This document shows, one piece after another, positions 1 to 7,152 of a stretch of DNA of 64,000 nt; position 1 is the first letter of the stretch, and every line of letters begins with the position of its first letter. The DNA is taken from NCBI GenBank assembly GCA_016875535.1, contig VGPF01000002.1, forward strand, positions 73,856-137,855. The letters are read 5' to 3'. The translations under genes were made by a program, and so were the position numbers. The DNA is from Chloroflexota bacterium (lineage in GTDB: Bacteria > Chloroflexota > Dehalococcoidia > SHYB01). Below the pieces are notes generated by a model. That model searched no databases. It had not been told where the DNA came from and saw only the letters and a list, made by a program, of their open reading frames with translations.

Positions 1-535
1 CGGCAAGGGCAGCGCGCGTCTGGTCCGTCAGCTCGCGCACGGCGGCCGAGCCCGTGCCGGAGACGGCCTGGTAGGTGTCCACCACGATGCGCTTGATGGG
101 GCTTGCCTGGCGCAGGGCGTGGAGCACCATCGCCAGCGGCACGGTGGTGCAGTTGGGCGTGGAGACGATGCCGTGGTGGTTCTGCAGCTCGCTTGCGTTG
201 ATCTCCGGCACCACCAGCGGCACCTTGGGGTCGAGGCGGAAGGCCGAGCTATCGTCAATCGCCACTGCGCCCACCCGCGCGGCTGCGGGGCAGTAATCCA
301 CAGAGGCGGCCGTGGTGGCCGAGATGAAGGCGATGTCCGCGCCCAGGAAGGCCTTGGCGGGGTCCGTCTCCTCAACGGTGATCTCCTCACCCCGGAAACG
401 CAGCTTTTTGCCCGCCGAGCGCTGTGTGGCGTAGAGCCGCAGCTTCCGCATGGGAAACTTGCGCTGCTCCAGAACCTTGAGGAACTGCGCGCCGACTGCG
501 CCCGTAGCGCCGACCAGGGAAACGACAACACTCAT
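1..535 (-). CDS. asd: aspartate-semialdehyde dehydrogenase, partial (start codon at 535, 3' end runs off window)
   Basis: Own translation of minus strand from ATG at 533-535: MSVVVSLVGATGAVGAQFLKVLEQRKFPMRKLRLYATQRSAGKKL...IVSTPNCTTVPLAMVLHAL.. matches ASD N-terminal NAD-binding and active-site (NCTT) regions; the supplied ORF 28..531 is a wrong-frame shadow. Confidence 0.85.
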   Translation of the reverse strand, partial: MSVVVSLVGATGAVGAQFLKVLEQRKFPMRKLRLYATQRSAGKKLRFRGEEITVEETDPAKAFLGADIAFISATTAASVDYCPAAARVGAVAIDDSSAFRLDPKVPLVVPEINASELQNHHGIVSTPNCTTVPLAMVLHALRQASPIKRIVVDTYQAVSGTGSAAVRELTDQTRAALA

Positions 536-544
536 CGCAAACTC

Positions 545-1342
545 CTAGAGACCGAGCAGGCGGTCCAAGCCGAATAGGAAGCCTTTGTTGGCGGCGACGT
601 GCTTCACGGCCAGCAGAACACCGGGCACGTAGCAATCGCGGTTGATGGTATCGTGGCGGATGGAGAGCGTCTGTCCCAGGTGGCCGAAGATGACCTCCTG
701 GTGGGCCATCGTCCCCGGCAGGCGCACGCTGTGGATCGTGACGCCGTCCAGCTGGCCGTCGCGGGTGTGCTGGATCGCCACTTTCTCCGGCGTATTGCGC
801 TTGAACGGCTTGCCCCTGGCGCGCGACATCATCTCCGCCGTCGTCTTCGCCGTCCCGGACGGCGCGTCAATCTTCGTCTCGTGGTGCGTCTCGATGATCT
901 CGGCATAGTCGAAGTGCTTGGCGGCAAGCTGGGCCAGGTGCATCATGACCACCGCGCCCAAGGCGAAGTTGGAGGCGGCCATGCCGCCCACCTTGTGCTT
1001 TGCCGAGATGGCCTCCAGCTCTTTCAGCGTCGCATCGGAGAGCCCCGTGGTGCCCACCACGAAGGAAACACCCTTTTGCGCGGCGGCGCGCACGGCGGGA
1101 AGCACCGCATCGGCGGTGGAGAAGTCCACCAGCACGGAGGCCTTCACCTTCCCCAGCAGCTCGTCCACGGAGCGGGCCAGAGGCAGCTCGCCGGGAAGGC
1201 CGGGGATCATGACCCGCTCGCTCTTGGCCATGACGTCAGCCCCGCCGACAACGGCGGTGTCAGGCCCTTTGCCGAGGCCGGCGCACATGGTCTGACCCAT
1301 CTTGCCGAGAGCGCCGTTGACGATGACAGTGACCGGGGACAT
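545..1342 (-). CDS. dapB: 4-hydroxy-tetrahydrodipicolinate reductase
   Basis: VTVIVNGALGKMG N-terminal Rossmann motif and ETHHETKIDAPSGTA DapB signature; start taken as second ATG (MSPVTV) with AAGGAA SD. Confidence 0.9.
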   Translation of the reverse strand: MSPVTVIVNGALGKMGQTMCAGLGKGPDTAVVGGADVMAKSERVMIPGLPGELPLARSVDELLGKVKASVLVDFSTADAVLPAVRAAAQKGVSFVVGTTGLSDATLKELEAISAKHKVGGMAASNFALGAVVMMHLAQLAAKHFDYAEIIETHHETKIDAPSGTAKTTAEMMSRARGKPFKRNTPEKVAIQHTRDGQLDGVTIHSVRLPGTMAHQEVIFGHLGQTLSIRHDTINRDCYVPGVLLAVKHVAANKGFLFGLDRLLGL

Positions 1343-1464
1343 GGGGAGCATTCCTTATGCGAATCGAGAGAACATTATAGCGCAAGAAAAGGGATCGAAA
1401 GGGGGTTGACGAAGGTGCTACTGTACCCCTGAGCATCACCACAGCCACGGCGGAGGAGGCCCCT

Positions 1465-2583
1465 ATGAGTTCCGCGGTCAGCACGGGAAAATACGGATTA
1501 CACACAGGCAAGCCGGAGATCAGGTCCATCGGCCCCATCGCCTTCGGCCCGGAAAGCATCCTCTTCGCGGCTGATAACTCCGGCGCGAAGATCTTCGCCT
1601 TCGATGTTCGCGATACGGATGTCGCCCATTTCACCCGCCCCGTCAACGTGGAGAATCTCGATACCCGGCTGGCCGCTTACCTCGGCTGCTCCCGGGACGA
1701 CCTCACCATCCGTGACGTGGCCGTCCACAAGGCCTCCCAGAACCTCTACCTCTCTGTCATGCGAGGGAGCGGCGCTTCCGCCATCCCCGTCCTGGTAAAG
1801 CTCACCGCCAACGGCGCCCTCTCCGCCGTCAGCTTCGAAAGCATCCCCTTCGCGCAAACGGCAGTGGAAAAGGCCCCTTCGGAAGACGACCCTCGCTTGG
1901 ATGGCCGCGTCGTGCCCGATTCCAGCAAGGAGGGCGAGTTGCGGGTCCTACCGGGAGGCAACCTGCGGCTGGCGCGGGAAAAGCTCCGCACCGTCACCGT
2001 GACCGACCTGGCCTATGTGGATGGCGTCCTCATCGTGGCAGGGGCTTGCAATGAGGAGTTCACCTCCGCCCTCCGCCGCATCCCCTTCCCCTTCAGCGGC
2101 AAGACGGAGATGCACACCGTTGAAATCTTTCACGTCTCCCACGGCAAGTATGAGACGGCTTCGCCCATCCGCAACTTTGTCCCCTTCGCCGGGAACAAGA
2201 GCATCCTCGCCAGCTACACCTGCACGCCCATCGTCCACATCCCGGTGAAGGACGTCGCACCCGGGGCGCAGATCAAGGGCAAGACCGTGGCCGAGCTCGG
2301 CGCGCGCAACACCCCGCTCGATATGGTCTCCTACAAGCTGAACGGCGAAGAGTTCCTCCTCGTCTCCAACGCCCGCCACCCGCTCATGAAGATCGCGGGC
2401 AAGGACGTGGAGCGCCAGGAGGCGCTCACCCAGCCCAAGGAGCCCCTGGGCGTGCCGCGCAAGGACCTGCCGCATCAGGGCGTCACCCGCATGGCGAACC
2501 TGGATTCCGGGCATGTGGTGATGCTGCAGCAGGAGGCCTCCGGAAGCATCCACCTGCGCACCTACCGCGCCGCAGACCTTTGA
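1465..2583 (+). CDS. hypothetical protein (372 aa)
   Basis: Long ORF with GGAGGAGG SD; high GC3; no family recognised. Confidence 0.7.
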   Translation: MSSAVSTGKYGLHTGKPEIRSIGPIAFGPESILFAADNSGAKIFAFDVRDTDVAHFTRPVNVENLDTRLAAYLGCSRDDLTIRDVAVHKASQNLYLSVMRGSGASAIPVLVKLTANGALSAVSFESIPFAQTAVEKAPSEDDPRLDGRVVPDSSKEGELRVLPGGNLRLAREKLRTVTVTDLAYVDGVLIVAGACNEEFTSALRRIPFPFSGKTEMHTVEIFHVSHGKYETASPIRNFVPFAGNKSILASYTCTPIVHIPVKDVAPGAQIKGKTVAELGARNTPLDMVSYKLNGEEFLLVSNARHPLMKIAGKDVERQEALTQPKEPLGVPRKDLPHQGVTRMANLDSGHVVMLQQEASGSIHLRTYRAADL

Positions 2584-3668
2584 GCGAGCCGCGCGCCCTT
2601 CAGCTAGCCTGGTCGGAGCGCGAAGGCCTCGTCTCTCTTGAGGTGCGCGGCTGGACGGCCGAGGAGCTGCGCGCCTTCCAGCGCGGCGGCGACGATGACC
2701 TGAGCCATCGCCTCGCCATCCTGCCCTCTGAACTCGTCGCCGCCATGGCATCCTTCGGCTCCCTCCAGCCCCTCGCGGGCCGCTTCGCCATCATCGGCGA
2801 TAGCCTGCGCTTCACCCCGCGCTTCCCCTTCCTGGATGGCCTGAGCTACTCCCTCCTCGTCCGCCGGGAAAGCGGCCCCGGCTTTGAAGAGTGGCGCATC
2901 CGGCGTCCAGCCCCCAGCGGCGCGCCCACAACCCGTGTTCTTGCCATCTACCCCACCGCTGAAGAAGTGCCCTTTAACCTGCTTAAGTTCTATATCCACT
3001 TCTCTAACCCTATGAGCGAGGGGAAGGCCCTCCGCTCCGTCCATGTCCGCCGCGCGGACACCGGGACGACGCTGGAAGACGTCTTTGTCGTCATGGACGA
3101 GCTATGGGACCCTGAGCGCCGCCGCCTCACCCTCCTCCTGGACCCCGGCCGCATCAAGCGCGGCCTCGCCCCGCATGAAGAGTCGGGCTACCCATTAATC
3201 GAAGGCGTTCCCATCACATTGGCTATAGACACATCCTTCCGGGATGCCTCCGGCATGCCTCTCCAGGCGGCGGCGGAGCGAGGCTACGCCGTGGGCGCGG
3301 CCCTTCGCCTCCGTGTTGACCCCAAGGCCTGGCGCATCCGCCCGCCAAAGGCCGGTTCCAAGGAAGCCCTCGTCGTGGACTTCGATCGCCCGCTCGACCA
3401 CGCCCTCCTTCAGCACTGCCTCTGGGTGCGCGATGGCGCCGGGAAGAGCCTCCCCGGTCACAGCGCCATCGGCCCGCGCGAACAGTCCTGGCGCTTTGAG
3501 CCGGAACGTCCATGGGCAAAAGGCCGCTACACGCTTGTGGTAGACCCACGACTGGAAGACCTGGCGGGCAACTCCCTCACGCGCCTCTTTGACCGCGACC
3601 TCGAGCGCGCCGAGGATGCCCCGGCCGATACGCGGCTCATCGAAATACCGTTCACCTGCGGCCTCTAG
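2580..3668 (+). CDS. hypothetical protein (362 aa), translationally coupled to upstream ORF
   Basis: TTG start overlapping upstream stop (TTGA); coding-like composition; no family recognised. Confidence 0.65.
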   Translation: MSEPRALQLAWSEREGLVSLEVRGWTAEELRAFQRGGDDDLSHRLAILPSELVAAMASFGSLQPLAGRFAIIGDSLRFTPRFPFLDGLSYSLLVRRESGPGFEEWRIRRPAPSGAPTTRVLAIYPTAEEVPFNLLKFYIHFSNPMSEGKALRSVHVRRADTGTTLEDVFVVMDELWDPERRRLTLLLDPGRIKRGLAPHEESGYPLIEGVPITLAIDTSFRDASGMPLQAAAERGYAVGAALRLRVDPKAWRIRPPKAGSKEALVVDFDRPLDHALLQHCLWVRDGAGKSLPGHSAIGPREQSWRFEPERPWAKGRYTLVVDPRLEDLAGNSLTRLFDRDLERAEDAPADTRLIEIPFTCGL

Positions 3669-3685
3669 CCTCAGGATCCGCAGCC

Positions 3686-3720
3686 AAAGAAAAGGCCCCC
3701 GAGAACCGGGGGCCTTTTTG
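3686..3720. terminator. bidirectional intrinsic terminator between convergent genes
   Basis: AAAGAAAA-GGCCCCCG-agaa-CCGGGGGCC-TTTTT: perfect GC hairpin flanked by A-tract and T-tract. Confidence 0.65.
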
Positions 3721-3728
3721 CACTCTCT

Positions 3729-5990
3729 TTAGCGGGGGCCTCTATCGCGGAAGGGAGGCCTGCCGCCGCCATCGCCGCGCGGCGGGCCGCGGGGGCCGCG
3801 ATCCCCGTAGGGGCGCGGGCCGCGGTCACCGTAGGGCCTGGGCCCGCGGTCTTCCCGCGGGCCGCGATCCTCGCGGGGGCCGCCGTCGCTCACGCGCGCG
3901 CCGGAGCTTTGGAGGCCTTCTGAAAGGGCGCGCTTCGATAGGTTGATGCGCCCCATCCGGTCAATCTCCGTCACCATCACCGTGATCTCGTCGCCCACCT
4001 TCACCACATCTTCCACGCGGTTGACCCGCTCGGTGGAAAGCTCGCTCACGTGGACCAAGCCCTCCTTGCCGGGCAGGATCTCCACGAATGCGCCGAAGGT
4101 CATGATGCGCGTCACCTTGCCGGTGTAGATCGTGCCGACCTCCACCTCGCGGGTGAGCCCTTGGATGATCTCGATGGCCTTGCGCGTCCCCTCTTCCGTC
4201 GGCGAGCCGATGAAGACGGTGCCGTCGTCCTCGATGTCCACGGATGCGCCCGTCTGCTCGATGATGGAGCGGATCATCTTGCCGCCTGGGCCGATGACCG
4301 CGCCGATCTTCTCCGGGTTGATGCTGATGCGCGTCATGCGCGGCGCGTACTTGCTCATCTCCGTGCGCGGCTGGGCGATGGCCTCATGCATCTTGCCCAG
4401 GATGAACATCCGGGCCTCATGGGCCTGGGCCAGAGCCTCCGTCATGATGCCCATGGTCAGGCCCTTGATCTTGATATCCATCTGCAGCGCCGTGACGCCC
4501 TTGGCCGTGCCGGCCACCTTGAAGTCCATATCGCCCAGGTGGTCTTCGATGCCCTGGATGTCCGTCAGCACCTTGTACTTCTCGCCCTCCTTGATGAGCC
4601 CCATGGCGATGCCCGCCACAGGCGCCTTGATGGGCACGCCGGCGTCCATCAAGGAAAGGGTGCTGCCGCAGACGCTCGCCATGGAGGTGCTGCCGTTGGA
4701 GCTGAGCACCTCGGAGACGAGGCGGATGGTGTAGGGAAACTCCTCTTCGTTCGGGATCACCGCCAGCAGGGCGCGCTCGGCCAGCGCCCCGTGGCCGATC
4801 TCGCGGCGGCCGGAGCCGCCGATGCGCTTCGCCTCACCAGTCGAAAAGGGCGGCATGTTGTAATGGTGGAGGTAGCGCTTCTCCTCCTCCACGCCGATGC
4901 TGTCCAGCTTCTGCTTCTCGCCGATGGAGCCGAGCGTGGTGATGGTCAGCACCTGCGTCTGGCCCCGGCTGAAGAGTCCGGAGCCGTGGGTGCGCGGCAG
5001 GAGCCCCACCTTGCAGGAGATGGGCCGTATCTCCTTGGTGTTCCGGCCGTCGGGCCGGAGGCCGCGCTCCAGGATGGAGCGGCGGACCGCCGTCTTTTCT
5101 TGCTCGTCTACGGCCTCGTCAATCAGCTCCGACGGGAACTGGTCGCCGATCTTGGCCTTGATATCGGCCTTCAGATCAGCCAGGCCCCGCATCTCCTCCT
5201 GCTTGGTCACCGGCTTGAACATGAAGGTGTCCAGCCGGTTGCCGAAGTGCCCCGCCACCATGCGCTGGAGCTCTTCGGGAGCGGTCTTTTCTTCCCCAAA
5301 GGCGAACTTGGCCCTGCCGATCGCCTTGGACATCTCTTCGATGAGCTCGATGATTTCCTTGTTCACGATCTGGGCCATCTTCAGAGCCTGGAGCAGGATC
5401 TCCTCGGAGACCTCCTTCGCCCCGGCCTCCACCATCACAATGGCGTCCTTGGTCCCGGCCACCACGATGTCCAGCAGGCTGTTCTCCAGCTGCTGGTAGG
5501 TGGGGTTCACCACAAGCTGGTGGTTCACATAGCCGATGCGCACGCCGCTCACGGGCCCGTGGAACGGGATGTCCGAGATGGAGAGCGCGGCCGAGGCGCC
5601 GATGATCGCCAGGATGTCCGGGTCGTTCTCCTGGTCGGCGGAGAGGGTGGTGATGATGATCTGGACATCGTTCCGCAGGCCCTTGGGGAAGAGTGGGCGG
5701 AGCGGGCGGTCCACCAAGCGCATCGTCAGGATGGCGTCTTGGGTGGGGCGGCCCTCCCGGCGGAAGAAGCTGCCGGGGATCTTCCCGGCGGCGTAGAGGC
5801 GCTCTTCATAGTCCACCGTCAGCGGGAGGAAGTCTATCCCGGGGCGCGGCTGGACGGAGGCGACTGCGGTGACCAGGAGGATGGTATCGCCGTAGCGGAC
5901 GGTCACTGCGCCGTTGGCCTGGCCTGCAAGAGAGCCTGATTCGATCTGGAGAATCTTACCTGCGATTTCACGTTCAAAAACACGAGACAT
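3729..5990 (-). CDS. pnp: polyribonucleotide nucleotidyltransferase (PNPase) with Arg/Gly/Pro-rich repetitive C-terminal tail
   Basis: Two RNase PH domains, KH and S1 domains recognisable (…FHGPVSGVRIGY…, …GEKQ…GVTALQMDIK…, S1 VGTIYTGKVTRI…); tail GPREDRGPREDRGPRPYGDRGPRPYGDRGPRGPPRGDGGGRPP. Confidence 0.95.
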   Translation of the reverse strand: MSRVFEREIAGKILQIESGSLAGQANGAVTVRYGDTILLVTAVASVQPRPGIDFLPLTVDYEERLYAAGKIPGSFFRREGRPTQDAILTMRLVDRPLRPLFPKGLRNDVQIIITTLSADQENDPDILAIIGASAALSISDIPFHGPVSGVRIGYVNHQLVVNPTYQQLENSLLDIVVAGTKDAIVMVEAGAKEVSEEILLQALKMAQIVNKEIIELIEEMSKAIGRAKFAFGEEKTAPEELQRMVAGHFGNRLDTFMFKPVTKQEEMRGLADLKADIKAKIGDQFPSELIDEAVDEQEKTAVRRSILERGLRPDGRNTKEIRPISCKVGLLPRTHGSGLFSRGQTQVLTITTLGSIGEKQKLDSIGVEEEKRYLHHYNMPPFSTGEAKRIGGSGRREIGHGALAERALLAVIPNEEEFPYTIRLVSEVLSSNGSTSMASVCGSTLSLMDAGVPIKAPVAGIAMGLIKEGEKYKVLTDIQGIEDHLGDMDFKVAGTAKGVTALQMDIKIKGLTMGIMTEALAQAHEARMFILGKMHEAIAQPRTEMSKYAPRMTRISINPEKIGAVIGPGGKMIRSIIEQTGASVDIEDDGTVFIGSPTEEGTRKAIEIIQGLTREVEVGTIYTGKVTRIMTFGAFVEILPGKEGLVHVSELSTERVNRVEDVVKVGDEITVMVTEIDRMGRINLSKRALSEGLQSSGARVSDGGPREDRGPREDRGPRPYGDRGPRPYGDRGPRGPPRGDGGGRPPFRDRGPR

Positions 5991-6047
5991 TGGGCAAAAC
6001 CTTTCTTGTGCGGGGAGCCGAGGGGGAGAGGACGGTGGGAGAAAGCG

Positions 6048-6075
6048 AAAGACCTCGCGCGATGGCGAGGTCTTT
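6048..6075 (-). promoter_or_regulatory. rpsO-pnp intercistronic stem-loop (attenuator / RNase III-type processing hairpin)
   Basis: AAAGACCTCGC-catc-GCGAGGTCTTT 11-bp inverted repeat directly after rpsO stop and before pnp leader. Confidence 0.45.
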
Positions 6076-6077
6076 GT

Positions 6078-6341
6078 CTACTTCCGAAGGCCCAACTGCT
6101 GCACTACCGACCGATACTTATCTACATCGCTTCGGTGGAGATAGCTCAGCAACCGACGGCGCTGTCCCACAAGCGTGAAGAGACCGCGTCTGGAGATCTG
6201 GTCCTTCTTGTGGTCGCGGAGGTGCTCGGTGATCTGATTGATCCGGTGCGTCAGTAACGCGACCTGAACCTCTGTAGAACCCGTATCCTTCGCCTGCTTC
6301 TGGAACTGGGAGATGACTGCTGTCTTCTTTTCCTTATCCAA
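6078..6341 (-). CDS. rpsO: 30S ribosomal protein S15
   Basis: …[26 protein letters not shown]… S15 signature; TTG start with GGTG SD; classic rpsO-pnp arrangement. Confidence 0.9.
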   Translation of the reverse strand: MDKEKKTAVISQFQKQAKDTGSTEVQVALLTHRINQITEHLRDHKKDQISRRGLFTLVGQRRRLLSYLHRSDVDKYRSVVQQLGLRK

Positions 6342-6378
6342 CGACCCCGCACCTTTTACTTTCTTCTATGTTTTTATT

Positions 6379-6406
6379 TTCGAAGGCATTATAGCATGCG
6401 CCCTTG
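6379..6406 (-). promoter_or_regulatory. sigma70-type promoter for rpsO-pnp (TTGGCA-17-TATAAT)
   Basis: minus-strand TTGGCA (6401-6406) / TATAAT (6379-6384), 17-nt spacer, ~35 nt upstream of rpsO start. Confidence 0.45.
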
Positions 6407-6456
6407 GACGTGCCAAACAGGCGATGGCGCAGCGCTGGAAATGCCCCAGGAACGCG

Positions 6457-6903
6457 CTACCCGATCCTGCCTGACCCGCGCTTCTTTACGTCAAGCACCA
6501 CAAGCGTCTCCGTCTTTCGGATGCCCGGCACCTTGGAAAGATAGCTCTCCAGGAAGGTGCGCAGGTCCTCCAGCGTGTGCACAAGGACAAAGCAGATAAG
6601 GTCGTAGCGCCCAGTGGAGACGGCCAGGTACTGCACCTCTTCCCTATCCTCGAGCGACTTCGCCGTGTCCTCAAGCTGGTCGGGCTGCACGTCTATGCCG
6701 ATGAGCGCCGAGGTGTTCAGGCCGAACTTGTTCGGGTTGGGCACGGCGCGGATGGCGAGCGTCCCATCCTCCACCAGCATACGGATGCGCCGGCGGATCG
6801 TCGCCTCGCTCACGCCGATGTCCCGGGCGATGGCGGCATTGGACTGGCGGGCATCCTCTTGAAGGAGACTGATAATCTTGCGATCGGTCTCGTCAATCTT
6901 CAT
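6457..6903 (-). CDS. Lrp/AsnC family transcriptional regulator
   Basis: N-terminal HTH (DRKIISLLQEDARQSNAAIARDIGVSEATIRRR) plus RAM domain. Confidence 0.9.
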   Translation of the reverse strand: MKIDETDRKIISLLQEDARQSNAAIARDIGVSEATIRRRIRMLVEDGTLAIRAVPNPNKFGLNTSALIGIDVQPDQLEDTAKSLEDREEVQYLAVSTGRYDLICFVLVHTLEDLRTFLESYLSKVPGIRKTETLVVLDVKKRGSGRIG

Positions 6904-6968
6904 TGAGCGACTCCTTTAGACGTGCATATTCGAGGCAAAGGCAAACCTCTTGGGGGGGAAAGGAGAAC

Positions 6969-7012
6969 GACGAATATTTAATCAGGACGGCCTGATTTCG
7001 TCAATATTCGTC
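6969..7012. promoter_or_regulatory. AT-rich nested palindrome (candidate Lrp operator overlapping the lrp promoter)
   Basis: GACGAATATT-[AATCAGG-ccgtc-CCTGATT]-…AATATTCGTC; perfect 10-bp outer inverted repeat with inner 7-bp inverted repeat, unusually AT-rich for this genome, overlaps TTGACG-17-TTAAAT. Confidence 0.4.
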
Positions 7013-7152
7013 ATGGCTGGAGCGGGTAATTCGTTGCGTATTCCATCTGAAGAGCCGGGATTCCAGGCGGCTTCGGGCACAGCGACTGGAATGCCACTCC
7101 CCAGACAAGGCGATAGAAAGCGTAATGCCAGCGCTCGGGAGCGCCGAAACGG

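Noticed and set aside
28-531. 167-aa minus-strand ORF at window start
   Set aside because: Wrong frame: low-complexity Ser/Arg/Pro translation. The +1-shifted frame starting at ATG 533-535 encodes a textbook aspartate-semialdehyde dehydrogenase N-terminus.
4050-5939. 629-aa plus-strand ORF antisense to pnp. Similar long antisense ORFs lie opposite clpC (37869..39308), lon-like (7669..8229), priA (54575..55414, 55487..56701), secF (61113..61871) and the secreted protein (44991..45596).
   Set aside because: Typical GC-rich antisense shadow ORFs: Arg/Ala/Gly/Leu-dominated, no motifs, and each fully overlaps a gene with strong homology.
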